From positions 1-64,000 of IMG/VR virus record IMGVR_UViG_3300037400_003633: a DNA stretch of 64,000 bases. One strand, given 5' to 3'. Below, one piece after another: positions 1 through 9,525 of the stretch (its first letter is position 1; each line of letters begins with the position of its first letter). The notes under the pieces were generated by a model. That model saw only the letters and a program-made list of their open reading frames with translations. It had not been told where the DNA came from and did no database searches. Both the position numbers and the translations under genes were made by a program. Source of the DNA: a virus (taxonomy: Duplodnaviria > Caudoviricetes).

Positions 1-2
1 CC

Positions 3-263
3 CTATTACAAGAGCGCGGTTATTACTGGAATGAGGAATTACTGGCAATCATTGACAAAGAAACTGGTGAGATTATAAGAAAGGTTGTGGAGCCAAAGGT
101 TGAATACCATGGTGAAATCATTAGGCCAATTACTGAGAAACTAAAGAAAATTCTCAAAATGTTCTGTGTTGAAAGTAATAAGAAGAAATATTCATACCAG
201 AATGATTACCGTTATGGGAGATACTGGGATGAATGTGACGAGTATTATGGCTATTACGATTAA
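3..263 (+). CDS. hypothetical protein (5'-truncated by window)
   Basis: Open frame 3 from window start to TAA at 261-263. Confidence 0.6.
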   Translation, partial: LLQERGYYWNEELLAIIDKETGEIIRKVVEPKVEYHGEIIRPITEKLKKILKMFCVESNKKKYSYQNDYRYGRYWDECDEYYGYYD

Positions 264-265
264 TT

Positions 266-430
266 ATGAGTGAGTCAATAAGGCGTTATTTGGAGTGGAG
301 ATTTCGCGTTAACAACGTCAGCAAATACCAACAGTATCGTGACGAATGGATAAACAACGTCACACCACTCCAACTACTGTATTTTGAAAAAGAAATGAAG
401 CATCTAATGGATGCTGGGATTTATAAATAG
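266..430 (+). CDS. hypothetical protein (54 aa)
   Basis: ATG-TAG ORF read by hand, MSESIRRYLEWRF... Confidence 0.55.
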   Translation: MSESIRRYLEWRFRVNNVSKYQQYRDEWINNVTPLQLLYFEKEMKHLMDAGIYK

Positions 431-437
431 TGAAGGT

Positions 438-794
438 ATGCTTTCATCAAAAAGTTTAAACAGATGTATAGGCCTGCTGGCAGAGATTAACTCCGCAGGT
501 ACTACTAACGTCAGACAAATGGCGCTAGAGGTTGGGTATATTCTCAAGCAGGAACTGGATACTGTGATTAGTATTGAGCAGGCAGCTTCTAGTGGCAGAA
601 ACCCACACACACTAAACCCAAAATCTGTCATCCAGGATAATATACAGTTGTTCAATGAGAACCAAAAGCTTTTAAAGGAAAATATGGAACTTAGGACAAT
701 GCTAGATTCGCGTGTAAATTTCCTTTCTTCCAAGATGGATGAAATACGCCGTGATATAGCAGTAGTCAATAATAACATCATAAACATTAGATGA
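438..794 (+). CDS. hypothetical coiled-coil protein
   Basis: ORF 411..794; in-frame ATG 438 avoids overlap with upstream gene. Confidence 0.6.
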   Translation: MLSSKSLNRCIGLLAEINSAGTTNVRQMALEVGYILKQELDTVISIEQAASSGRNPHTLNPKSVIQDNIQLFNENQKLLKENMELRTMLDSRVNFLSSKMDEIRRDIAVVNNNIINIR

Positions 795-795
795 T

Positions 796-969
796 ATGGC
801 AACAAAGGGAGTTTTAACCTGTGCGGTAGATAAACTTGAACAAGCTAATCTGGTTCTCAGACAGAAGCTTTCTACCCTTCAAGGCAAGGATAAAGAAAAT
901 GTACTAAAAGAAATTGCCAGAAATGAGGCTATGATTCTGGATTATCAGTTCAGACTAAAAAACGAATAA
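796..969 (+). CDS. hypothetical protein (57 aa)
   Basis: ORF read by hand, fills gap in operon. Confidence 0.6.
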   Translation: MATKGVLTCAVDKLEQANLVLRQKLSTLQGKDKENVLKEIARNEAMILDYQFRLKNE

Positions 970-986
970 AATAGAAATGGAGCAAT

Positions 987-1841
987 ATGATGACAAAAGA
1001 AGAAAGAATTGAAATATTCAAGAATACCGTTAGGTTAGTAAAAGCTAAAGGTTATTCCCTAAGAGATACTACTGTGACGTTTGATGACATGGAGAATATG
1101 AAGAATAATACCAAATTCTATTCAAAGAAGGTTAATATTGAGCATAATCTACTGCCGAAGTATGATACCAAGGTAAGCGTTATGGATAATGATTGTCTTG
1201 ATGCAGCACAGTCACTTGTTAACCTTGGACTGAAGCCAGCAGTTCTTAATATGGCGTCTTTCCACACTCCTGGTGGTGGCGTAGAGAGAGGTTCTGCTGC
1301 ACAGGAAGAAAGCATTTTCAGACGCACAAATATCTTTATGTCATTGTATCAGTTCCACGAGGTAGGCACTAACTATAAAATAGAACAACGCGAGGAAAGA
1401 TATCCCCTGGAAATGCATTATGGCGGTATCTATACGCCTAATGTTACAGTGTTTAGGAAGTCAGAGAACGAGAACTGTCGTGTTATGTCCGACCCGTTTA
1501 AGATTGATGTTATCACCCTACCAGCAGTTAGAAAGCCATCCATTGATGAGAACGGAGACGTTGCAGACTGGGTTAAAGATATTCTTACTAATAAGATTAA
1601 GCAGATACTGGACATCGCTCTGGAGAATGGTAATGACTCTCTAGTGCTTAGCGCATTTGGTTGCGGGGCTTATGGAACCCCTCCTAAAATTGTAGCTAAG
1701 CTGTTCTATGATATCATATACAGCGATGAATATAAGAACCTATTCAAAGAGATTGTTTTTGCTATCATCAATTTGCCTTCTACCAACGGTGCTCATAACC
1801 CAGATGGTAATTTCAAACCATTTAAAGATATATTTGAGTGA
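987..1841 (+). CDS. TIGR02452-family microbial poly(ADP-ribose) glycohydrolase (macrodomain-like PARG)
   Basis: Motifs VLNMAS-x3-PGGG-x3-GSAAQEESIFRRT, GGIYTPNVTVFR, LVLSAFGCGAYGTPP. Confidence 0.9.
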   Translation: MMTKEERIEIFKNTVRLVKAKGYSLRDTTVTFDDMENMKNNTKFYSKKVNIEHNLLPKYDTKVSVMDNDCLDAAQSLVNLGLKPAVLNMASFHTPGGGVERGSAAQEESIFRRTNIFMSLYQFHEVGTNYKIEQREERYPLEMHYGGIYTPNVTVFRKSENENCRVMSDPFKIDVITLPAVRKPSIDENGDVADWVKDILTNKIKQILDIALENGNDSLVLSAFGCGAYGTPPKIVAKLFYDIIYSDEYKNLFKEIVFAIINLPSTNGAHNPDGNFKPFKDIFE

Positions 1842-2296
1842 TGTTAAAAGATTTAGAGATATTTGAAGATAAGAAACAGGCCTTAGTTCTATTCTATAAG
1901 TTCTTGAAATATTATGGGTTGTTCCATACCCTGTATGGCAAGAATACTAATAAACTAATCCGTTATGCTGGAATTAATCAGTTTGACATCTCTCACACTA
2001 GTAAATATGGAGGTCCTATGTTCTGTTTACAGGATTTGTTTTTAGATTTGGGCAATTTTATCGTTCCTGGGAATACTACAGGTGTAATTATAAAAAGGCT
2101 ACAATATTCTCAGCTATGGCGGTTTTTTATACTTGATAACATTGATACACTGAAATTTAAAAGCGAAACAGCAAAAAATAGTTTTGTAAGAAGTATAAGG
2201 ACTGCAATTGAAAATAATGGAACAAGGTCGAGCGAACTGGTAAAGTCGTTTTTCGAAAAATATGATATAATAATTAAAAAAAATAGTTTTTTATGA
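1838..2296 (+). CDS. hypothetical protein
   Basis: 152-aa ORF, 4-nt overlap coupling. Confidence 0.7.
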   Translation: MMLKDLEIFEDKKQALVLFYKFLKYYGLFHTLYGKNTNKLIRYAGINQFDISHTSKYGGPMFCLQDLFLDLGNFIVPGNTTGVIIKRLQYSQLWRFFILDNIDTLKFKSETAKNSFVRSIRTAIENNGTRSSELVKSFFEKYDIIIKKNSFL

Positions 2297-3345
2297 TTGA
2301 CAAAAAGTTTCTTCACGCACTGTTAAGTGCATCAAGCCCAAGTGGCTATGAGGGTAGTGCATCTAATGTATTTGCTGATTACATGGGTCAGTTCGCAACC
2401 ATCGTGAAACGTGACAATGTAGGAAATACAGTGTTTGTTATCGGTAATTCTGAGGCTAAGACTAAGGTCATGCTGTCAGCGCACATAGACGAGATTGCCA
2501 TGCAGGTTCAGAACATCGATGACAAGGGTTTCATTCACTTCATTGCTGATGGTGGCATCGACAAAAAAGTACTACCAGGCTCTCAAGTTCAGATTCTTAC
2601 TTCAAATGGTGTGGTAAATGGCGTTATTGGTAAAGCCCCAATACACATTGAACATCACTCAGATGATAAGAACAAGGCCATTGAAATTAAGGACATGAAG
2701 ATTGATATAGGTGCTGAATCCAAGGAAGAGGCAAAAGCTATCGTAGGTATAGGAGACCTTATCCTGGTTAAGTGCGAACCAATAGAAATGGGTGCTAACA
2801 GAATATCTGGTCGTGGTCTTGATGACAAGGCTGGAATATTCGTGATTGCTGAAGCAGCAGCCATGCTGTCAAGGGAAAACCTGTCAGACATTTGTGTATA
2901 TGTTGTGGCTTGTACACAAGAGGAAACATCAGCCAGTGGAGCTGTCATTTCAGCAGCAGGTATTGACCCAGACTATTCAATCGATTTTGATGTAACATTT
3001 GCTACTGATGACGAATATGTAAGTGCAAATGAATGGGGTGATATAAAGCTTGGTGGTGGTGGCGCTATTGCACATGGCGTTGACAACAACATCTATCTAA
3101 CAAAACTTATCAAGTCAATCTGTGTTGATAATAAGATTCCTTTCCAGGAGTTTTCAGTTCCTAGCGGATGCACTGACACAGTATATATCAAGCAGTCATC
3201 ATCAGACTGTATGACACAGCTTCTGTCAATTCCAAACAGGAATATGCACACACAGGCTGAGGTCTGCGATTACAGAGACCTTGAATCACTTATCACAATG
3301 ACTGTGAAGACGATTCTTGCTCTCAATAGTATTAACTCAGTATAA
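2293..3345 (+). CDS. M42-family metallopeptidase (TET-like aminopeptidase)
   Basis: VMLSAHIDEI, GGID, GRGLDDKAG, CTQEE, IDFDVT, SIPNRNMHT metal-ligand motifs. Confidence 0.9.
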   Translation: MIDKKFLHALLSASSPSGYEGSASNVFADYMGQFATIVKRDNVGNTVFVIGNSEAKTKVMLSAHIDEIAMQVQNIDDKGFIHFIADGGIDKKVLPGSQVQILTSNGVVNGVIGKAPIHIEHHSDDKNKAIEIKDMKIDIGAESKEEAKAIVGIGDLILVKCEPIEMGANRISGRGLDDKAGIFVIAEAAAMLSRENLSDICVYVVACTQEETSASGAVISAAGIDPDYSIDFDVTFATDDEYVSANEWGDIKLGGGGAIAHGVDNNIYLTKLIKSICVDNKIPFQEFSVPSGCTDTVYIKQSSSDCMTQLLSIPNRNMHTQAEVCDYRDLESLITMTVKTILALNSINSV

Positions 3346-3346
3346 T

Positions 3347-4042
3347 ATGGCGAGTCCAGAACAGGCAAGAAAATGGCGTGAGGCACACCGTGATTATCGC
3401 AAGGTATGGTACAAGAAGAATAAGGAAAAGGTACAGGAGGATGCCAAGCGAAAATACCACGAAACTGTCACCAAGAAGAGAATGGAGGAAGCTCTAGCCT
3501 CTTTGTCAGAAGATGAATGGAAGCCAATCCCAGGATTTGAAGACTATAGGGTGAACAGAGAAGGCGAGGTAAAGAACAAATTCGGTAAGACCTTAAAGCC
3601 AGGAAAATTATCAAATGGGTATATGCATGTGTCACTTTCCAACGATACGGTTAAAAGAAAACACATGTATGTACACCATATAGTTTGGGTTACATTCAAT
3701 GGTAAAGTCCCAGACGGATTAATCATATGCCACAAAGACACAAACAGAGGAAACAATGCACTTGATAACCTTACTGTGATGACACAGAAGGAGAACTTTA
3801 ACAAGCCACTTACAATTGAGCACTTCAAACGTAGTCAGGACATCTACCCAAGAACGAAGGGTGGTAGAGAAAAGAAAAAGGTATACCAATATGACACGGA
3901 AGGAAACCTTATAAAGACATGGGAAAGCATATTGGCAACTACAGAAGGTGGATTCTCACCATCGGGGGTGTCAAAATGCTGTAGTGGGAAGGTTGAACAG
4001 TATAGAGGCTATGTCTGGTCAACTAAAGAGGCTATAAACTAA
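3347..4042 (+). CDS. NUMOD4-HNH homing endonuclease with C-terminal NUMOD1-like module
   Basis: EWKPIPGFEDYRVNREG (NUMOD4), YVHHIVWVTF...ICHKDTNRGNNALDNL (HNH_3), VYQYDTEGNLIKTWES. Confidence 0.9.
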   Translation: MASPEQARKWREAHRDYRKVWYKKNKEKVQEDAKRKYHETVTKKRMEEALASLSEDEWKPIPGFEDYRVNREGEVKNKFGKTLKPGKLSNGYMHVSLSNDTVKRKHMYVHHIVWVTFNGKVPDGLIICHKDTNRGNNALDNLTVMTQKENFNKPLTIEHFKRSQDIYPRTKGGREKKKVYQYDTEGNLIKTWESILATTEGGFSPSGVSKCCSGKVEQYRGYVWSTKEAIN

Positions 4043-4065
4043 AACACTTATAAAACTTATCGATT

Positions 4066-4587
4066 ATGGAAATATTAAGAAAAGTAGAGGCTGCATTGCA
4101 GGAAACAATGAAATTAATGGCAGAAAACCAGCACAACGAAGGGGCTGGCATGCTTATGGCTGCAAACACAACAAAAGTAAATACTCTCAGGTTTATCAAA
4201 TCAGAGTTCATAAGAACTAATGAGAAAATCTACCATACAAATCTAGAGTATAAACTTACAGATGATGAGGAAACAAAGGTTCTACTCAAAATGGCTGAAG
4301 ACCATAGAACAAATATTGAAGCTTACGAAAAGGCTGGCAATGAAACCATGCGTAATAAAGAAACATCAGAACTCAAATATATAGAAGAGTTAACCCCATC
4401 ACAGCCAACTGAGGAGGAAATGACAGAATATATAAACACACTCATTGATGGCATTCTTTCCAAAATGGATTCTGACTACCAGCTTTCTATGAAGAGCATG
4501 GGAGCAATTATGCCCAAGGCAAAAGAGAAGTATCCAAACATAAATGGTAACCTTGTAAAACAGGTTCTAGCATCTAGAATGAAATAA
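4066..4587 (+). CDS. GatB/YqeY domain protein
   Basis: MK...NTLRFIKSEF...R..NIEAYEKAG...E..ELKYIEELTPSQ...MKSMGAIM YqeY pattern. Confidence 0.8.
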   Translation: MEILRKVEAALQETMKLMAENQHNEGAGMLMAANTTKVNTLRFIKSEFIRTNEKIYHTNLEYKLTDDEETKVLLKMAEDHRTNIEAYEKAGNETMRNKETSELKYIEELTPSQPTEEEMTEYINTLIDGILSKMDSDYQLSMKSMGAIMPKAKEKYPNINGNLVKQVLASRMK

Positions 4588-4602
4588 TAAAACTAAACAC
4601 AT

Positions 4603-4896
4603 ATGCTAATGAGCGAAAACGGTTCAAAAGTTATTGAGAAACAGCAAGAAGATACTCAAAAAATGCTAGCCGAACTCAAAAAGATAATTGAGGAAAAGAA
4701 TGAACTTGCAAAAGCTATAGAGCAAGAACCAAGGAAGGTGCTTGCCAAAACGTATATTGAGGGAACACCTTCCAACTTAAACAAAATCATTTCAACTATG
4801 ATTGGCTCTTATTCATTTGACTCAAAAGGTAACTCAATTCCTGACAGAATGATTGCAGTTACACTTATGGTAGAAGACATAACCCACAAAAAGTAG
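4603..4896 (+). CDS. hypothetical protein
   Basis: 97-aa ORF in co-oriented run. Confidence 0.65.
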   Translation: MLMSENGSKVIEKQQEDTQKMLAELKKIIEEKNELAKAIEQEPRKVLAKTYIEGTPSNLNKIISTMIGSYSFDSKGNSIPDRMIAVTLMVEDITHKK

Positions 4897-4900
4897 TACT

Positions 4901-5296
4901 ATGAGAGGATTTCAAAGGGAAAGAGGGCATTTCTACGTCATAGAAAAGTTCAATGAACCAGTAAAACTAAACGAAGAGTCACTTACCTCGCATTACAGTA
5001 ATGACAGGGGTAGTAGAAACGCAATTGTCTCTCTCAATGAGACAACGCCCATGTATAGCTTTGTGGTTGATACAGGACACCCCAATGGTAATGAAATACA
5101 TACCATAACAGAGAAAGCAGAGATTATAATTCAGAATGAAAGAACTGGTAAGATTGTAACTGTCCTATTCGCAAGACCAGCACAGATTACCAGATATTGG
5201 CACAATATGAATGAGTCGCTGCCAAATACCAGGGATTTCAATCTTGTGATGAGATTCGCAAAGAGTAACGTTGATAGAAACCTGAATAACCTTTAA
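4901..5296 (+). CDS. hypothetical phage protein
   Basis: 131-aa ORF; VDTGHPNGNEIH...LFARPAQITRY. Confidence 0.7.
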   Translation: MRGFQRERGHFYVIEKFNEPVKLNEESLTSHYSNDRGSRNAIVSLNETTPMYSFVVDTGHPNGNEIHTITEKAEIIIQNERTGKIVTVLFARPAQITRYWHNMNESLPNTRDFNLVMRFAKSNVDRNLNNL

Positions 5297-5315
5297 CTAT
5301 TATTAACTAATAATT

Positions 5316-5347
5316 CTTGGATAATTACAGGAAAATGTGTAACTTTG
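5316..5347 (+). promoter_or_regulatory. Bacteroidota sigmaA-type promoter
   Basis: CTTG-N20-TAACTTTG. Confidence 0.7.
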
Positions 5348-5366
5348 CGCCAAATTTGTAATTGTC

Positions 5367-5666
5367 ATGGATAAGGAAGGTTTCATCAAATATGCAGATG
5401 TGGTCAAACTACTGGAAGATAATGACTACTATGGGCTTACAGTCAAACGTATAGGAAAACACGGTACTAGACTGAAATATAAGTTTGTCAGCATAAAGTG
5501 GTATACCATTGATATTGAAGTGGAAACATTGAAACTTGATGGTGATAAAATCATAGTAGGAATTACCTTTGATGGAGAGGAGATAAATGGCTTCAATGCA
5601 TTTAAAGATAAGTTCAATGGCATTAGAAAGATGCATTCAGAAAAGAGAAAAGCTACTGGAAGATAA
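5367..5666 (+). CDS. hypothetical protein
   Basis: 99-aa ORF directly after promoter. Confidence 0.7.
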   Translation: MDKEGFIKYADVVKLLEDNDYYGLTVKRIGKHGTRLKYKFVSIKWYTIDIEVETLKLDGDKIIVGITFDGEEINGFNAFKDKFNGIRKMHSEKRKATGR

Positions 5667-5682
5667 TAAATAATTAACGAAT

Positions 5683-5856
5683 ATGAATCCATTAAAGATT
5701 ATTAAATATGTCAACACCGCAATTGCTGTGGGTGGGACTGTGGTAACAACATACCAGGCAATGATGAAGGTTGCCAAGTGGTATAACAAGAAATGTGGTG
5801 GTAATAAGAAAAAAGAAGAACCGCCTATCACAAGACCAATTATTAGAGGACAATAA
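5683..5856 (+). CDS. hypothetical small protein (57 aa, hydrophobic N-terminus)
   Basis: ORF read by hand, MNPLKIIKYVNTAIAVGG... Confidence 0.55.
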   Translation: MNPLKIIKYVNTAIAVGGTVVTTYQAMMKVAKWYNKKCGGNKKKEEPPITRPIIRGQ

Positions 5857-5875
5857 AAATAGTTTTTAGTGCTAA

Positions 5876-5960
5876 CAGACATTTGGTGAGAAGATATCTC
5901 AACATGGGTTTGTCTTATGGGACTTGGAAAAGAAACCATATGAGTTCATCGACTTAGCAT
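5876..5960 (+). pseudogene. possible fragment of SbcD/gp47-like nuclease C-terminus
   Basis: Start-less frame QTFGEKISQHGFVLWDLEKKPYEFIDL. Confidence 0.3.
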
Positions 5961-5995
5961 ATGTTGATATACATATTCCTGATGTGTTGTATATA

Positions 5996-6024
5996 AAATG
6001 GCGAGGATTTTCCTCGCCATTTTG
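5996..6024. terminator. bidirectional intrinsic terminator
   Basis: AAAATGGCGAGG-ATTTT-CCTCGCCATTTT between convergent units. Confidence 0.8.
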
Positions 6025-6111
6025 TTTATCATTAGTCTTGAAGTATACCCAATCTTTCAAATACCTAACGTAGAAAAAACATCCATCCCATATTTTATTT
6101 TAAATTTATTT

Positions 6112-7776
6112 TTATCCTCTTCCTTTGAAGTCCCAATAAATCTCGCAACTACAAGTTGTACCATCCACAGTAGCACTAATTACTACACCTATTCCTAATG
6201 CATTCTCTTCAGAACAACCCACTAGACCTCTTAAAAGAGTGCCAACCTTTGTTAGCGTTAATGTTATTGAATTAGCGCCCACACTTGGTACTATTTTAGC
6301 ATAGCTACTTGTATCTGGTTCAAGACCTTCATTCACAGTTCCTTTATTTTGAACAAAGGCGTTTACTATTTCAGCCCCATTCACATCACTATTACCGCTT
6401 GTTCCACCAGTAACATCACATGCTGGATTAATATCCATGTCACATCGTGCCACCCATTTATGGAGCGTACCCGCCCCACCACACGAAGAAGTGTCATCGA
6501 TGTAAGGTGCTGTGTAATTCATATCGTAAGAGCTAACTGTTATATCAGAAACTCTTGCTCCATTATATTCTGCATATACTTCAAATGTTGTGCTTCCTCC
6601 TGTATATACTGCTATATTGTTACTATCAAAAGTTAGACCAGCAGCTTTAAATTCAACTGATGCGCATGCTCCACCACCTTCTTGGGTAAAACATATACCA
6701 CTTGATGGCAATGGACAAGTGTCAAGAATATTGGTATAAGATTCGCCTTCGAATAATTGGCTTATTTCCAATGTACCATCTGTTGTGCATATTTGCCTCT
6801 CACTTGCTGATTTGTTTTGTTTTACAACACAGCAGATAATTCCATTATCACTTGAAGTACCATCACTTAATTCATAGTGTACTTGAACCCAAGAGTAAGT
6901 GCTGTCACAATAAACTGCCCCATTACTTGGCATTTTATGAACATCTGGATACTCGACTTGGTTTATAATAATACCAATCATTTCCATCTTTGTAACACTA
7001 CATGTAGGTGTAGGAGCAGATTGTGTCATGGTACAAGTACCGCAAGGATTACCGTTAACATATACTGTTATAGTTCCAGTTCTTTGACTTTGAGTTGCTG
7101 TAGCAGTAGCAGTTAGTCCACTACTTGTTACAGACGCTGTCAACCAGCTATCATCACTAGAAGCGAAAGTTACTTGGCGTCCGCAACCTTGTGTTGCAAC
7201 ATTTCCGAATGTTGCATTTCCTCCATCAGCCCCAATAGTTGCTGTTGATGAGAAACTAACTGCATTACAGTCACAAAGTACTCTTGATTGTTCAACTGTA
7301 ATAGTTAAGTTATTACAAGGACTTCCATTGTAAGAAATAGTTATGCTACCAGTTCTACCTGTAGTTGTATCCATATTTTCACTAACAGATATTGTCAAAG
7401 TGTCATGACTAGAGTTAAAATCAACGGTTATCCAATCGTAGCTGCCTCTTGAAGCTGTCAAGCCAGTTAAACTTCCAGTACAGTCTCCAGTCTTACTGAA
7501 CATTACTGTGCTAGAATCAGCCCCAGAACCAAACGATACTGACCTCTTACTTGCACTGAAGCCACTACACGTACAAGCAGTAGGGCTAGGTTGACACGTA
7601 GAACCAGAATATACAGTATATGTGCTAGTAGATGTGTTACCAGCATTATCAGTATATGTTACTGTATATTCTATATTTGCTGTTGTTGAATTTTGTGGGA
7701 AACGAAAACTTCCACCCCCTAAATCTTGAACAGTCCCACTATTTGGGTTTGTTGATGTTACATTCCAATTAGCCAT
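6112..7776 (-). CDS. Cys/Ser/Thr-rich BACON-domain protein, likely virion adhesin/decoration
   Basis: Two BACON-like units (DWITV...LTISVSEN...RTGSITISY...VEQ; SWLTA...RTGTITV...MTQ). Confidence 0.75.
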   Translation of the reverse strand: MANWNVTSTNPNSGTVQDLGGGSFRFPQNSTTANIEYTVTYTDNAGNTSTSTYTVYSGSTCQPSPTACTCSGFSASKRSVSFGSGADSSTVMFSKTGDCTGSLTGLTASRGSYDWITVDFNSSHDTLTISVSENMDTTTGRTGSITISYNGSPCNNLTITVEQSRVLCDCNAVSFSSTATIGADGGNATFGNVATQGCGRQVTFASSDDSWLTASVTSSGLTATATATQSQRTGTITVYVNGNPCGTCTMTQSAPTPTCSVTKMEMIGIIINQVEYPDVHKMPSNGAVYCDSTYSWVQVHYELSDGTSSDNGIICCVVKQNKSASERQICTTDGTLEISQLFEGESYTNILDTCPLPSSGICFTQEGGGACASVEFKAAGLTFDSNNIAVYTGGSTTFEVYAEYNGARVSDITVSSYDMNYTAPYIDDTSSCGGAGTLHKWVARCDMDINPACDVTGGTSGNSDVNGAEIVNAFVQNKGTVNEGLEPDTSSYAKIVPSVGANSITLTLTKVGTLLRGLVGCSEENALGIGVVISATVDGTTCSCEIYWDFKGRG

Positions 7777-7842
7777 ATAGAAATATTTATTTTAATTTTT
7801 TTATTTTTTTGATATAAATAGTTGTTAATTTATATTAATATA

Positions 7843-7874
7843 TTTGTTTATACCATTTTTTTTATATAACTTTG
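7843..7874 (+). promoter_or_regulatory. Bacteroidota sigmaA-type promoter
   Basis: TTTG-N20-TAACTTTG followed by CCACGCAAAACAATAA leader. Confidence 0.75.
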
Positions 7875-7895
7875 CCACGCAAAACAATAAATAGT

Positions 7896-8624
7896 ATGAA
7901 TAAGGTAGATTTTTTCGAATTGGCTAGGCTAAGAGCAGAATGGGAAGGACTGTTTGATGGAATCCTATCCTACATAGAGGAAAAGGGAGGACTAGTCATA
8001 GTCACAATACCAGTACTAGAATACATAAGGACATCACCTGGTGTACGTGAGAATATGAAACTCCACAGTATGAGGATAAGAACAGGCTTACTTATGGATA
8101 AGCACATTGTCCTGGAGTTTATGAAGGAAGATGGTAAACTACACGATGTCCTTGTATGCAGGGCTTTCGAGGCAAAGGCATTCGGGGAAATACGTTATAC
8201 AAGAAACACATTTGAACGTATATTATCAGCAATTAAATTAACAAATAACAATATAGAAACAATGGCAAAGACAGAGAAATTTAAGAAGGGTGCGTTCGTA
8301 AGTTCGCATAAGTTGAATGGTGAGAAATTACTTGGCATCTATGAGTATGCATACGACTGCTGCAATGAATGCTGTGTATCAGACAACAATGGCAAGTACT
8401 GCGTGAAATTAAGCTCCACCAAGCCAGCAACTGACGAGGAGAGTAAGATTATCCAGGAAACCATTGTAAAGCCCCGTAGAGAGGCTGAAAAGGCTAGGAA
8501 AAAGGCTCTGGAGGAGTCCAATACAGTACAAGAGGAGGAAGTCCTGACTGAAGAGGACATGGAAGAACCTTCTGCGGAAGAACTCGAAGAGGCTATGGAA
8601 GCTTCGGAGACAACAGAGGAGTAA
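7896..8624 (+). CDS. hypothetical protein with acidic C-terminal tail
   Basis: ORF 7872..8624; ATG 7896 after promoter. Confidence 0.7.
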   Translation: MNKVDFFELARLRAEWEGLFDGILSYIEEKGGLVIVTIPVLEYIRTSPGVRENMKLHSMRIRTGLLMDKHIVLEFMKEDGKLHDVLVCRAFEAKAFGEIRYTRNTFERILSAIKLTNNNIETMAKTEKFKKGAFVSSHKLNGEKLLGIYEYAYDCCNECCVSDNNGKYCVKLSSTKPATDEESKIIQETIVKPRREAEKARKKALEESNTVQEEEVLTEEDMEEPSAEELEEAMEASETTEE

Positions 8625-8649
8625 TGAAACATATTAAAAGTAGTTAAAT

Positions 8650-8694
8650 AATTGGAGTAACGCTTTGTTATTCCAATTTTTTTTTGTATCTTTG
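8650..8694 (+). promoter_or_regulatory. terminator-promoter cassette
   Basis: Hairpin AATTGGAGTAA/TTATTCCAATT with TTTG in loop, N19, TATCTTTG. Confidence 0.75.
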
Positions 8695-8711
8695 CACGTA
8701 GACTATATAAA

Positions 8712-9050
8712 ATGCATTTAACTATGGAATTTAAAGTAGGGAACGAAATAACATTTAATGGCTCTATGGATAAGTCAAAGGAGCTTATCTATTCTGGAAT
8801 CAGGTCAAAGGATGAAATAAATCCATATTTCCCCAATGACAGACATATACCCAGGATAATGATAACATATCCTCTTTCACACTATAGGGTACGTGAGATA
8901 AACCATCCATACTATCTGTGTGAGAAGATATGGGAAAGTGGTGACCCTGAGATTCCCACTGGAGGCATGGTTGTATACATCCACGAGGATGAAGCAATTG
9001 CATATAATCTAGTATGGGATGGTGTTGTGGTAAATAAAAGGAAAGAATAA
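8712..9050 (+). CDS. hypothetical protein
   Basis: 112-aa ORF after promoter. Confidence 0.65.
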   Translation: MHLTMEFKVGNEITFNGSMDKSKELIYSGIRSKDEINPYFPNDRHIPRIMITYPLSHYRVREINHPYYLCEKIWESGDPEIPTGGMVVYIHEDEAIAYNLVWDGVVVNKRKE

Positions 9051-9055
9051 TACAA

Positions 9056-9217
9056 ATGTATTTCATATTTTTCTGCATATACATCATAGTAATCATAATG
9101 TGCTTAGCTGCTGTATGGTTCTTTATCTATGATTCTCTTCCCTTCAGCAATGGAATAGAAATAGTGCAAGGGGTGTTATATGTAATATTTGTGTTTCTTT
9201 TATTATTGTGCAATTAA
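9056..9217 (+). CDS. small two-TM membrane protein
   Basis: 53-aa ORF read by hand, two hydrophobic stretches. Confidence 0.5.
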   Translation: MYFIFFCIYIIVIIMCLAAVWFFIYDSLPFSNGIEIVQGVLYVIFVFLLLLCN

Positions 9218-9229
9218 CAAATATAATAT

Positions 9230-9523
9230 ATGAAAAAATTAATATTATTTTTACTATTGGGACTGGTATTGTTTACCAGTTGCGCTGACAGCAAGAAATT
9301 CAAGAGAGCTGACGGTACTGAGTTTGTTGCTCATCCATATGGTTGGGCTGACAGAGAAGATTATTACATAGACGGTGTACAGTATGAGATATGTGCTGGA
9401 AATATTGTATGGTCTATACTTACCTGTGAGACAATTGCAGGACCTATCATTTTCACCGCATATGGTCTATATGAACCTGTGGGTTATAAAGACCCTGTAA
9501 CTAGCAATACTAGTGGGCAGTAA
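9230..9523 (+). CDS. phage lipoprotein
   Basis: Signal peptide with lipobox FTSC. Confidence 0.7.
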   Translation: MKKLILFLLLGLVLFTSCADSKKFKRADGTEFVAHPYGWADREDYYIDGVQYEICAGNIVWSILTCETIAGPIIFTAYGLYEPVGYKDPVTSNTSGQ

Positions 9524-9525
9524 CT

